DNA of 64,000 nucleotides. Origin: Alphaproteobacteria bacterium (GTDB lineage: Bacteria; Pseudomonadota; Alphaproteobacteria; SP197). The DNA lies in contig OZ245842.1 of the NCBI GenBank assembly GCA_965228895.1, forward strand, positions 960,001 through 1,024,000. The letters run 5' to 3'. The notes beneath the pieces were generated by a model. It did no database searches, was not told where the DNA came from, and worked only from the letters and a program-made list of their open reading frames with translations. The position numbers and the translations under genes were made by a program. Below are positions 28,116-37,825 of the stretch, one piece after another (the stretch's first letter is position 1; every line of letters begins with the position of its first letter).

Positions 28116-28519
28116 CCGACCAGGAAACCGTTGCCGACATCATGGCGGATGCCAACGCGCAGCGCGAAAACCTTGAGGAGCTTGAGCGCTCACTGCAGGC
28201 GGACATCAAGCAAATCGACCGGACGGCGTTCATGGAAAGCCGTCCGCTGACCGATGACGAAAAGACGCGTCGAGCGGAGCTCCGGGCCAGCCAGGAAAAG
28301 GTCGGGAACGCCTATGTGCAGTGGGCCTATCTGACCGCCAAGCGCCTGGACGACAGTGCTGAGGTCGACGTCATCAAGGCCAAACTCGACGCGGTGAATC
28401 TCAGCCTGGCCGATGACCTCGGGCGGTTGAAGAACGTCGAACGCTACGCGGAGATCGCGGCGAAGGTTGCCGAGGGCGCGGTCAAGATCGCGGGCAAGAT
28501 CGCCAAGCTCGCCATTTAG
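28112..28519 (+). CDS. Hypothetical coiled-coil protein with amphipathic basic C-terminal helix
   Basis: ATGA overlap with the lipoprotein gene, GGAGG RBS, heptad pattern; ends IAAKVAEGAVKIAGKIAKLAI. Confidence 0.78.
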   Translation: MTDQETVADIMADANAQRENLEELERSLQADIKQIDRTAFMESRPLTDDEKTRRAELRASQEKVGNAYVQWAYLTAKRLDDSAEVDVIKAKLDAVNLSLADDLGRLKNVERYAEIAAKVAEGAVKIAGKIAKLAI

Positions 28520-28540
28520 AGTAGCTGCTGTCGCGGCACT

Positions 28541-28846
28541 TTAGTCGTCGGTCACCTGATCGAGGGGAACGCGCTCGCCGCGCAGTTCGACATAGGCCTC
28601 CTTAAGGCCCGACATACTCTCGACGAGACCTTTGAGTTCGTCGACCAGTTCGCGTGTGCTTTTGATGATGACGACGCTGGCGGCAATGATCGCGACCGTC
28701 TCGGCGACACCGAAACGCAGCTCCATGGGTTCGGCATCGGCATCCTCGACACCATCGAAGGCGGCCAGACGTTGCTGGATCTCGGCCGCCAGCGCGTCGG
28801 CATCGACGCCTTCCTCAAGCTCGAACTGCAGGGTGTACTCGCTCAT
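28541..28846 (-). CDS. Small acidic protein with one central hydrophobic helix (candidate CHAT substrate/effector)
   Basis: AAGGAG RBS; ATG lies 1 nt after the CHAT stop. Hydrophobic segment FGVAETVAIIAASVVII. Confidence 0.78.
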   Translation of the reverse strand: MSEYTLQFELEEGVDADALAAEIQQRLAAFDGVEDADAEPMELRFGVAETVAIIAASVVIIKSTRELVDELKGLVESMSGLKEAYVELRGERVPLDQVTDD

Positions 28847-28847
28847 C

Positions 28848-30701
28848 TCACTCTCCTTCGTCAATTGCCGGACGGGCGAGGCTGCTACCTGTCGCCGTCA
28901 GCTGGAATGGCGCCCAGTAGAACCGCTTTTGCCGAAGTCTCTTGGCCCCCGCCAGATAGTCGCACAAGGCGCGCTGCAGGGCGACATCGCAAGGCGCCCC
29001 GGCGAGGAGATGGCGGTGCAAGGCGACGCCGACCCGGCGGCTGGTTTCGCTGTGTACCGGCCACAGGCTGGCGACGATCTCCTTGACGCCGGCGGCAAAG
29101 AAGGCCGCCTGTAGGCCGAACAGCTCGTCGCCGGGCAAGACATCCATGCCGCGCCCGCCGATCGCGCGCTGTCCGGAGCAACAGGCGCTCAAGACGACCA
29201 GGTCCGCATCCAGATTGAGCAGCGAAATCTCGATGCCGTCGAGCTCGGAGGTGGCAAGGCACAGGCTCGATTCCATCGGCGTGTCGGCATCGATGTTCAT
29301 GCCGTGGCAAGCGATGTGCAGGCGTCGCGCGGCCCTTAACCGACCGTCGGACGACATCGCGTTCAGGGCCGGCTCGTTGGCGCCGGCGCCGCGCAACGCC
29401 GTCGCTGCCGTACCTGCCTCGCGGTAGAGCGCCTCGAGGTCGTCAACTTCCTGTTCGGCATCGGGCAGTGGGGGCCAGGACTTGCCGGGGATGTCGTAGG
29501 TTTCGATCCCCAGCGCCAGCAACTGACCGTCGCCATCGTCGCGCGGGCCTTCCAGAAGCAGCGATGTCAGGTTGGGCGCTAGCCGAATGGCGTAGCGTTT
29601 GATCAGGTAGTCGCCGGCGATCTCCAGCGCCGCGAAGGGCAGGGCATGGAGAACCTGGTGCGGCGATATGATCAGTCTGTCACAGCGCGCCAGGATGTCG
29701 GTGGCTACGGCGTTCGTGGGCCGTAGCAGGTCGGCGAAGTCCTGAACCGCATCGATGCGGCTCATCGCCGTACCGAACTCGAAGGTCAGAATGTCTCGCG
29801 CGAACGCATCGAGCGCGATGCGCTCGCCGTCCGTGATCGTCTTGATCTCGCTGGCGACATCGTCGCGGTCGAGAACAAGGCATAACAGCCACTGCCGGTC
29901 GAGCCAGTAATAGTAAATGACGGCCTGGCGATCCGCCAAGCTCGCCTGAACCCGTTCCAGGCTGACGATGCCAAGGTCGTTGCCGCCGCCATGTTGGCGA
30001 TTGGTCGCGATGGCGATGAGGTCCCAGAGCAGCTGGCGTTCGGCCAACATCTTTGACGGTACGTCGCCACGCTGGCGGCCTTTTTCGATGCGCTCGTTAA
30101 GGCGGTGAAACCGGTCAGATAATTCGTTACGGTCCAGGCCTTCCAGGTCGTCAGCCCGGCCCGTCGTATCGCCGACCAATCCGCGGCACTTCGACAGCTC
30201 GGCGCGCTCGACCATGGTCGCGATGTCGCCGGTTTCTGCCGCCGCGCGAACGCCCAGGCTATAGAGCGCGATGCGCGAACGCAGGTAGCTGCTCCGCAGA
30301 TAAGTCGACGACACGCGATAGCGGTATCTCTCAACGATGGCGATGCCGTCGCCGCAGGTCTGATCAACCGCCTGCCAATCCCCAAGCCGCGCCTGGCATT
30401 CGGCGCGAAGCGCCAGGATGCGCACGCGGATATCCTGCTCTCGCAGGTCGCCCAGCGCGGTGAGGGCGTCATCGAGCGCTGCCAGCGCGTCGGCAGTCTC
30501 GCCGCGGGCAAGGTGGATCTCCCCTGTTCGACTCATCGCGACGGCAATCAGGTCGGGCACGCCGAGCAGTTCCGCATCGGCGCGCGTGCTGTGGGCGAGA
30601 TCCAGCAGATCGTCGCGGTTGTCGTCGGGTCCGCGCCGCCGGTTTTCCAGATCCAAACGTTCAAGAGCGCGCGCAACGCGAATTGGCGCCGACATACTCA
30701 T
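28848..30701 (-). CDS. CHAT-domain (caspase/HetF-like) protease with N-terminal TPRs
   Basis: LIISPHQVLHALPFAAL, LHIACHG (catalytic His), LVVLSACCSG (catalytic Cys), GLQAAFFAAG, ASLWPV and YWAPFQL. Confidence 0.93.
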   Translation of the reverse strand: MSMSAPIRVARALERLDLENRRRGPDDNRDDLLDLAHSTRADAELLGVPDLIAVAMSRTGEIHLARGETADALAALDDALTALGDLREQDIRVRILALRAECQARLGDWQAVDQTCGDGIAIVERYRYRVSSTYLRSSYLRSRIALYSLGVRAAAETGDIATMVERAELSKCRGLVGDTTGRADDLEGLDRNELSDRFHRLNERIEKGRQRGDVPSKMLAERQLLWDLIAIATNRQHGGGNDLGIVSLERVQASLADRQAVIYYYWLDRQWLLCLVLDRDDVASEIKTITDGERIALDAFARDILTFEFGTAMSRIDAVQDFADLLRPTNAVATDILARCDRLIISPHQVLHALPFAALEIAGDYLIKRYAIRLAPNLTSLLLEGPRDDGDGQLLALGIETYDIPGKSWPPLPDAEQEVDDLEALYREAGTAATALRGAGANEPALNAMSSDGRLRAARRLHIACHGMNIDADTPMESSLCLATSELDGIEISLLNLDADLVVLSACCSGQRAIGGRGMDVLPGDELFGLQAAFFAAGVKEIVASLWPVHSETSRRVGVALHRHLLAGAPCDVALQRALCDYLAGAKRLRQKRFYWAPFQLTATGSSLARPAIDEGE

Positions 30702-30737
30702 CGTTGTTCTCGAGAACGGATGGCGCGACTACATTGC

Positions 30738-32174
30738 TTAAGACGGACCGGATTTGCCGCCGTTCAGCAGTGCCATCATCTGCGCGCCAAAGTCCTGGCT
30801 CGCGGACTGGCTATCCATCGCCTCGGCGCGCTCCAGATACGTTGCCGCACGCTCGGGATCGTCATCGCGATAGGCCGAAGCAAGGGCGTGGTAGAGGCGC
30901 ATATAGTGGCCGCGCACCGCCATGCTTTTTTCAATGTCGGTTTCGCCGGCCTGGGCCTCGCCCGCCATCAAGGCCTGCATGGACGCCATGAGCGACTGTG
31001 CGAGATCATCGCTGCCCGGGTTTTCGTGACCCATCGCCACCAAAAGATCTTCCGCATCATGCAGGTGTTCGCGCGCGCCGAAGTCGTCGCCATTCCGATT
31101 GATGGCTTCACCCAGGGCGATCAGCGTCTCGACGCGATCAAGCGAGGGCGTCGTCTGTTCCAGTAGCGTGCGTTGCAGGCTTTCGATTTCGGCGTCGGTA
31201 TCGCCGGACAGCACGATCTCCAGCGCGTCGATCTTCTCCTGACACTTGGCGATCTCCGCCGTGTCGCCGGCAGCCTTGTAAGCATCGAGCGCTTGGTGGA
31301 GAAATCCGAGCGCCTGCTTGTCGTCGCGCAACGATTCCGCCGCCATGGCGGCAAACGTCAAGGCTTGGCCGATCTTTCTGTTGAGGTCGGCATCGGAATA
31401 CATGCCGTGAGCCGAGGGCGGCGCGTCCAACACACGCCGGTAGGCGCTGCAGATATCCAAGAGTTCGTCGATCACCGCGGCGTCGGCGGATCCCGGCATC
31501 AACCGCGTCATGGCTGCGGTAACGCGGCTGTCGGTCTGAATGTAGAGCTGCAGCGCGGCCATCTCATCGAGCGGCTCGCCGGTGTCTTGAGTCGCCGATT
31601 GGCCGGCGGAGACCTGTTCGCTGAACGACGAAAAGATCTCGCGTGCGTGGCGTTGAAAGGCGTCGACTTCCTGGGCAACACGACTGGCGCCCGCGCTGAT
31701 GTTGGCGGTGGCGCTGTCGGCAAGTTCTGCCGCCGGGCTTGTCCCGGTGCCCGTGCCGGCGCCGGCCGCGAGCGCTTCCTGGCGGAACATCTGGGCGTAC
31801 TGCGCGACGGCTTCCAGGTTCTGCAGGCGGGTCTGCAATTGCTGATAGACCGGGTTGGGATTGCCGGAAACACCGGCCTGGATCTCGGCCATGGATTGGG
31901 CCATCTGATCCTCGAAACTGGCGCCCCATGATTCGCCGCTGCCGAACTGCGCGGTGTTGTTCAACTGCTGCTGTGTTTGCGTGTAGAGCATGTTGAGCGC
32001 GTTCAAGAAGGCTTGATAGCCATCGTTATCCAGCTCGAAGACCTTGTCGTGCAGGGCCTGATGGGCCTGCTCATAGGTCATCGTCATCAGACTTTCGATG
32101 AACGTGGTGTGCATCAGGTACTGCGCACCGGCATTCGCGACCGTGGCAGCGGCTTCCTTGATCCAATCCCACAT
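30738..32174 (-). CDS. TPR-like all-helical protein
   Basis: GGGGGAGG RBS, Gln-rich N-terminal coiled coil, and TPR-like pairs (ALGFLHQALDAYKAAGD, LIALGEAINRNGDDFGAREHLHDAE, YHALASAYRDDDPERAATYLERAE). Confidence 0.75.
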   Translation of the reverse strand: MWDWIKEAAATVANAGAQYLMHTTFIESLMTMTYEQAHQALHDKVFELDNDGYQAFLNALNMLYTQTQQQLNNTAQFGSGESWGASFEDQMAQSMAEIQAGVSGNPNPVYQQLQTRLQNLEAVAQYAQMFRQEALAAGAGTGTGTSPAAELADSATANISAGASRVAQEVDAFQRHAREIFSSFSEQVSAGQSATQDTGEPLDEMAALQLYIQTDSRVTAAMTRLMPGSADAAVIDELLDICSAYRRVLDAPPSAHGMYSDADLNRKIGQALTFAAMAAESLRDDKQALGFLHQALDAYKAAGDTAEIAKCQEKIDALEIVLSGDTDAEIESLQRTLLEQTTPSLDRVETLIALGEAINRNGDDFGAREHLHDAEDLLVAMGHENPGSDDLAQSLMASMQALMAGEAQAGETDIEKSMAVRGHYMRLYHALASAYRDDDPERAATYLERAEAMDSQSASQDFGAQMMALLNGGKSGPS

Positions 32175-32379
32175 CGTTCACCTCCCCCGGTGACCGGTCT
32201 CGTGGCGCTCGACAGATGACGGTCGTCCCGTGCCGTCAGATCAAAGACAGTGGAATGATAACGAATCGTCGGCTTGCTGGCCAATTCCGGCGAATCGACC
32301 GAAATTGCCCGTCTCGACTTGACAGAAAGATCAGTCACCCGTTGCCTGGGCCGGGAAACTCTGCAGTTGGGAGAGACGC

Positions 32380-32712
32380 ATGACGGCCTATGTCATTGCC
32401 ATGGTTCGGGTCGATGATCCCGAGACCTACAAGAAGTACACCGCGCTGACGCCGGCGCTGATTGAGAAACATGGCGGCAAGTTCCTGGTGCGCGGCGGCG
32501 ATATCGAGACCCTGGAAGGCAAGACCTTCGAGGATCGGTTGGTGGTTCTTGAGTTTCCGTCCACCGAGGCGGTCAAAACGTTTTACGAGTCCAGCGGCTA
32601 TCAAGACGCCGCAGCCTTCCGTCGCGCCTCGTCAGAGGCGGTCTTTCTACTCGCCGAAGGTATCGCTTCAGGTGCCGGTGCACCGGACGCCCAGGTGGTA
32701 AAATCGGGGTGA
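32380..32712 (+). CDS. DUF1330 domain protein
   Basis: MTAYVIA, HGGKFLVRGG, LEG, VVLEFPS, FYES and YQ motifs. Confidence 0.9.
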   Translation: MTAYVIAMVRVDDPETYKKYTALTPALIEKHGGKFLVRGGDIETLEGKTFEDRLVVLEFPSTEAVKTFYESSGYQDAAAFRRASSEAVFLLAEGIASGAGAPDAQVVKSG

Positions 32713-32819
32713 ACAACCGCCGGCATCGCCAAGCCCGTCCATCACCGGGCGTGACAAACCCGCCTGCTTGACCCAGGCTAAGATGATTCACCGCCATCCC
32801 GTGGGGCCAACGAAACGCG

Positions 32820-33857
32820 ATGGGTGAGGGAGGACAAGGGTTAACTGCGCCTGGTGCTGACGCGCCGGTGCTTCTTGACGTGCACGACATCCAAACGCGC
32901 TTTCGAACGCAGGACGGCATGGTGCATGCGGTCAACGGCGTCAGCTTCACGCTTGCGCCGGGTGAGACGCTGGCCGTGGTTGGCGAGAGTGGATCGGGCA
33001 AGAGCGTCACCATGATGTCGCTGTTGAAGCTTCTGCCCATGCCGCCGGCAGAGATCGTCTCCGGACATGCGCTGTTTGAAGGACGCGATCTCATCCAACT
33101 GGCTGCCGACGACATTCGCGACGTTCGCGGCGGCCAGATCGGGTTCATCTTTCAGGATCCGATGACGTCGCTCAATCCGGTTTTGACCGTCGGCTATCAG
33201 ATCGCCGAACCGCTGCGCCGCCATCTGAACCTCAACAAGGTCAAGGCACGCGAACGCGCCGCCGAGATGCTGGAACTGGTCGGCATTCCGCAGGCAGCAT
33301 CGCGACTGGGTGACTACCCGCATCAGTTCTCGGGCGGCATGCGTCAGCGCGTCATGATCGCTATCGCGCTCGCCTGCCAACCGAAGATCCTGATCGCCGA
33401 CGAACCGACAACCGCGTTGGATGTCACGATCCAGGCGCAGATCGTTGAGCTCGTAAAGGAACTGCGCCAAGAGCTCGGCATGGCGATTGTCTGGATCACC
33501 CACGACCTCGGTGTGGTCGCCGGCATCGCCGATCGTGTCGCCGTCATGTATGCCGGGTCGATCGTTGAGCATGCCGAGGTCGCGTCGCTCTACGCGCGCC
33601 CGCAACATCCCTATACGCGCGCCTTGCTCGAAACGCTGCCCCATGTCGACGAGGCCGGACCGACACGGCTTGCCAGCATTGGCGGACAACCGCCGGACCT
33701 TCTGCATCCGCCCCGGGGCTGCCCCTTCGCGCCGCGTTGCCGGTTTGCCTATGCCCGCTGCATGGTCGAAAACCCGCAACTCGAATCGCTCGATGAGAGC
33801 CACGAAGTCGCGTGCTGGTGGAGCATCGACAACGACAGGCCGCGTTATGACTACTGA
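32820..33857 (+). CDS. Oligopeptide/dipeptide ABC ATP-binding protein (OppD/DppD-like); start uncertain
   Basis: [30 protein letters not shown] and GCPFAPRC. Confidence 0.93.
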   Translation: MGEGGQGLTAPGADAPVLLDVHDIQTRFRTQDGMVHAVNGVSFTLAPGETLAVVGESGSGKSVTMMSLLKLLPMPPAEIVSGHALFEGRDLIQLAADDIRDVRGGQIGFIFQDPMTSLNPVLTVGYQIAEPLRRHLNLNKVKARERAAEMLELVGIPQAASRLGDYPHQFSGGMRQRVMIAIALACQPKILIADEPTTALDVTIQAQIVELVKELRQELGMAIVWITHDLGVVAGIADRVAVMYAGSIVEHAEVASLYARPQHPYTRALLETLPHVDEAGPTRLASIGGQPPDLLHPPRGCPFAPRCRFAYARCMVENPQLESLDESHEVACWWSIDNDRPRYDY

Positions 33858-34830
33858 CGGTGACGCCCTCGTTCAGGTCGAGAACTTGCGTATGCATTTT
33901 CCGATCGTGCAGGGCATCTTGCGGCGCCAGATCGGCGCCATCAAAGCGGTCGATGGTTTGAACTTCGATATCTACAAGCGTGAAACCCTGGCACTGGCGG
34001 GCGAGAGCGGTTGCGGCAAGTCGACCACCGGGCGCCTGATCCTGCAGCTCTATCGTGCAACCGAGGGTAGGGTCGTCTTCGCCGGCCAGGACCTGACAAA
34101 GCTCTCCGGCGAACGACTGCGGCGTATGCGCCCGCGCATGCAGATGATCTTTCAGGATCCACAGGCAAGCCTTAATCCGCGCATGACCGTCGGCAGCATC
34201 ATCGCCGAACCGCTGCAGGAACATGGGCTGACCAGCGGCCAAACAAAACAACAGCGTGTCGAGGAGTTGCTTGATGCGGTCGGTCTCAACCCCAACTACG
34301 CGAACCGGTATCCCCACGAGTTCTCGGGCGGCCAGCGTCAGCGTATCGGGATCGCGCGCGCCCTCGCATTGAACCCGGAGTTTATTGTCTGCGACGAACC
34401 GATCGCCGCGCTCGATGTGTCGATCCAGGCGCAGGTCGTCAATCTCCTGGAAGATCTCCAGGAGCGGTTGGGCCTCACCTATCTCTTCATCTCCCACGAC
34501 CTCAGCATGATCCGCCACATGGCGGACCGTGTGGCCATCATGTATCTCGGTAAGATCATGGAGCTTGGACCCAGCGACAAGGTCTATGGCGAACCGCTGC
34601 ACCCTTACACGCAGGCGCTGTTGTCGGCGGTGCCGATTCCCAATCCGGTTCAAGAAGCCGAACGCCGACGCACGATTCTGACGGGCGATGTGCCGAACGC
34701 GGCGAACCCGCCATCGGGATGTCCGTTCCGCACGCGTTGTCCGATCGCGGTCGCGCGTTGCGCGCAGGAAGAACCCGCGTGGCGTGAGCTGCGGCCACGT
34801 CATCACGTTGCCTGCCACCTCGCGCAATGA
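33847..34830 (+). CDS. Oligopeptide/dipeptide ABC ATP-binding protein (OppF/DppF-like)
   Basis: [21 protein letters not shown] and [12 protein letters not shown] 33847 overlaps the upstream gene. Confidence 0.93.
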   Translation: MTTDGDALVQVENLRMHFPIVQGILRRQIGAIKAVDGLNFDIYKRETLALAGESGCGKSTTGRLILQLYRATEGRVVFAGQDLTKLSGERLRRMRPRMQMIFQDPQASLNPRMTVGSIIAEPLQEHGLTSGQTKQQRVEELLDAVGLNPNYANRYPHEFSGGQRQRIGIARALALNPEFIVCDEPIAALDVSIQAQVVNLLEDLQERLGLTYLFISHDLSMIRHMADRVAIMYLGKIMELGPSDKVYGEPLHPYTQALLSAVPIPNPVQEAERRRTILTGDVPNAANPPSGCPFRTRCPIAVARCAQEEPAWRELRPRHHVACHLAQ

Positions 34831-34982
34831 GTCGTTGTCGACATGCGGCTACTGGTTGCACAATGTTTCGGTACCGCCAGCGGATGATGTGTCATGAGAC
34901 GGAGATCTCTTTCATCCCGGCGGATCACAAGGTCAGACTCACTGTCTGACCGGGGCAGAACAACAACAGTGGGGAGAGCATT

Positions 34983-36692
34983 ATGCGAAGACTCCGAACG
35001 ATCGTCCTGACGGCCGCGGCAACGGTCCTCTTGGCCAGTCCTGCGCTGGCAGAGCGCGGCAGCGACGGCCAGCTCAACATTCTCTATTGGCAGGCTGCGT
35101 CGACCATGAACCCGTACCTTTCGGGCGGCACGAAGGATATCGAAGCCGCATCGCTCGTGCTGGAGCCGCTCGCACATTACGACGAGGACGGCAACATGGT
35201 GGCGACACTGGTCACCGAGATTCCGACGGTCGAGAACGGCGGCGTCTCCGAAGACCTGAAGAGCATCACATGGAAACTCAATCCGGACATCAAGTGGTCC
35301 GATGGCACGCCATTGACGGCCGCAGATGTCGTTTTTTCCGGCGACTACTGCCTGGATCCCGATGCCGGCTGCAACGCGGCCTCGTTCTTCACCGATGTCG
35401 CCACGATCGAGGCGGTCGACGACCACACGGTCAAGATTACGTTCAGTGTTCCCAAGCCATTCCCCTATGGACCGTTCGTCGGTTCGACGGCACCAATCAT
35501 TCAGAAGGCGCAGTTCGCCGACTGTCTGGGCGCGAAGGCGCAGGAATGCACCGATCAGAATTTCGCGCCGATCGGAACCGGTCCATTCAAGGTAACGGAA
35601 TTCCGCGCCAACGACGTGGTGACGCTGGAAGCCAACGAGAACTATCGCGATCCCGCGAAACCGGCCTTCGGTTCCGTCGTCTTTAAGGGCGGTGGCGACG
35701 CCGCTTCGGCCGCGCGCGCGGTGCTGGAGACCGGCGAATACGACTATGCCTGGAACCTTCAGGTCGAGCCGGAAATCCTTGATCAGATGGCGCAGGCCGG
35801 CAAAGGGGTGATCGTGACGTCGTTTGGGACCTCGGTCGAACGCCTGATGGTCAACCAGACCAACCCCGATCCGTCGCTGGGTGAGAACCGCTCGCTTTAC
35901 CTGGACGGGACCAACCCGCATCCGTTCCTGTCCGATCCGGCTGTCGCGCGTGCGTTGTCGCTGGCAATCGATCGTCAGGTTCTCGTCGATGTGGGTTATG
36001 GCGCCGCCGGTCAGCCTGGGTGCAACATCCTGCCCGCCCCGGCGATCTATTCGTCCACGGCAAACGATGCGTGTCTGGTTCAAGACGTCGAACAGGCGAA
36101 CAAGATCCTGGACGATGCCGGCTGGGCACGTGGCAGTGACGGCATCCGCGAAAAGGACGGTGTGCGTCTTTCGATCCTCTATCAGACGTCGACCAACTCG
36201 GTGCGTCAGGGCACGCAGGCGCTGATCAAGCAGATGTGGGAAGACATCGGTGTCGAGACCGAACTCCGGAACATCGACGCCGCCGTGTTTTTCGGTGGCG
36301 ATCCGGCAAGCCCGGACACCTACAACAAGTTCTATGCCGACATCGAGATGTACACGAACAACTTCGACGGCACCGATCCCGAGAAGTACATGGCGAACTG
36401 GGCGTGCAGCGAAATCCCCGGTCCCGACAATTCGTGGCTGGGCAACAACATCCAGCGTTCGTGCTCGGGCGACTATGACGCCCTGGTTGAGCAGATGGCC
36501 CAGACCGGATCGTTGGAGGACAGGGCCGCGCTGGCGCGTGAGATGAACGACATGCTCGTCCAGAACTACTGGATGATCCCGTTGATCTGGCGCGGCGACG
36601 TCTCTGCCCATTCGACGACACTCGACGGCGTACGCATGAACTCCTGGGATTCCGAACTGTGGAATGTCGCTGATTGGAGTCGCGCTGAATAA
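34983..36692 (+). CDS. Peptide ABC substrate-binding protein (family 5)
   Basis: Signal peptide ending ALA-ERG; WSDGTPLTAADVVF and PIGTGPF motifs. Confidence 0.93.
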   Translation: MRRLRTIVLTAAATVLLASPALAERGSDGQLNILYWQAASTMNPYLSGGTKDIEAASLVLEPLAHYDEDGNMVATLVTEIPTVENGGVSEDLKSITWKLNPDIKWSDGTPLTAADVVFSGDYCLDPDAGCNAASFFTDVATIEAVDDHTVKITFSVPKPFPYGPFVGSTAPIIQKAQFADCLGAKAQECTDQNFAPIGTGPFKVTEFRANDVVTLEANENYRDPAKPAFGSVVFKGGGDAASAARAVLETGEYDYAWNLQVEPEILDQMAQAGKGVIVTSFGTSVERLMVNQTNPDPSLGENRSLYLDGTNPHPFLSDPAVARALSLAIDRQVLVDVGYGAAGQPGCNILPAPAIYSSTANDACLVQDVEQANKILDDAGWARGSDGIREKDGVRLSILYQTSTNSVRQGTQALIKQMWEDIGVETELRNIDAAVFFGGDPASPDTYNKFYADIEMYTNNFDGTDPEKYMANWACSEIPGPDNSWLGNNIQRSCSGDYDALVEQMAQTGSLEDRAALAREMNDMLVQNYWMIPLIWRGDVSAHSTTLDGVRMNSWDSELWNVADWSRAE

Positions 36693-36729
36693 TTGGGGGG
36701 CATCGGTGTGCTGCATTAGGTGACCGATG

Positions 36730-36766
36730 GGAGCGGTCTGCGGGTCCAGGGTCCGCAGACCGCTCC
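36730..36766 (+). other. Intercistronic hairpin after the solute-binding protein gene
   Basis: GGAGCGGTCTGCGG...CCGCAGACCGCTCC 14-bp stem. Confidence 0.65.
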
Positions 36767-36790
36767 AGCTTTCCGGTCTGACAAGCAACC

Positions 36791-37804
36791 ATGTTCAGAT
36801 ACATCATTCGCCGTTTGCTGTTCGCGATCCCGACGCTGATCGCGATCAGTTTCATCGTGTTTGCCATTCTCGATCTGGCGCCCAACGACCCGACCGGTAA
36901 TCTGCCGCTGACGATCCCACCCGAGGTGCGCGAGCAGATCCGCGAGTCACTCGGCTTGGGGCAACCGTTTCACATTCGTTACGTCAAATGGGCCGAGCAG
37001 TTCTTTGTCAACGAACCGCTCAACCTGATCGAAGAGGCGACGGGTCTTAAGATCGGCGACTCCGACAATCGCCTGCGGGTCCGATCGTGGGCAACCCGAA
37101 GTCCGGTCGTCGACCTCATCATGGAGCGCTTGCCGCAGACCATGTGGGTGGTCGGGCTGTCCTATGTCGTCGGTATCCTGATCGCGATCCCGATCGGAAT
37201 CATTTCCGCCTACCGCCAGTATTCCTGGTTCGATCAGATCGGCACCTTCGTCTCGATGATCGGCTTTTCGGTGCCGACCTTCTTCACCGGCCTCTTGGCG
37301 ATTGTGATCTTCAGCGTGCAGCTCGACTGGTTTCCATCAATCTACGACACGACTCTGAAGGTGACCAACTGGCCTACTTTCGTTGAACAGGTGCGCCAGC
37401 TCTTTATGCCGGTCATGGTGCTGGCGCTGTTCAATGCCGCCCAGCTGAGCCGTTTCATGCGCTCGTCGATGCTGGACAATCTCAATCTCGACTATGTGCG
37501 CACGGCGCGTGCCAAGGGCATGGGCGAGCGCGCGGTTCTGCTGATTCACGTGCTGCGCAACAGCCTTATTCCGGTCGTCACCTTGATCGCGCTTGGCATC
37601 CCGACCGTCTTCAGCGGTGCGATCATCACCGAACAAATCTTCCGCGTGAATGGTATCGGCCAGCTCCTCATCATCGCCATCCAGGGCGCCGACATACCGC
37701 TGGTCCAGACGCTGACCTTCATCTTCGCGGTACTCATTGTGCTGTTCAACCTGCTCGCGGACGTCGCCTATGGCGTGCTTGACCCGAGGGTGCGTTATGA
37801 CTGA
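36791..37804 (+). CDS. Peptide ABC permease (OppB/DppB-like)
   Basis: YIIRRLL, DYVRTARAKG, HVLRNSLIP and LDPRVRY. Confidence 0.93.
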   Translation: MFRYIIRRLLFAIPTLIAISFIVFAILDLAPNDPTGNLPLTIPPEVREQIRESLGLGQPFHIRYVKWAEQFFVNEPLNLIEEATGLKIGDSDNRLRVRSWATRSPVVDLIMERLPQTMWVVGLSYVVGILIAIPIGIISAYRQYSWFDQIGTFVSMIGFSVPTFFTGLLAIVIFSVQLDWFPSIYDTTLKVTNWPTFVEQVRQLFMPVMVLALFNAAQLSRFMRSSMLDNLNLDYVRTARAKGMGERAVLLIHVLRNSLIPVVTLIALGIPTVFSGAIITEQIFRVNGIGQLLIIAIQGADIPLVQTLTFIFAVLIVLFNLLADVAYGVLDPRVRYD

Positions 37805-37825
37805 CCGACCGAGAGGAAATGCGCC

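Noticed and set aside
28541-32174. Gasdermin system or type III-E CRISPR (Craspase) assignment for the CHAT locus
   Set aside because: No gasdermin-sized beta-rich ORF, Cas7-11 gene or array is in the window.
34803-36788. Long antisense ORFs (661 aa here; also 12515-13981, 33544-34827, 47809-49098, 50582-52102)
   Set aside because: They lie opposite well-supported genes, a normal result of high-GC codon bias, and carry no recognisable motifs.
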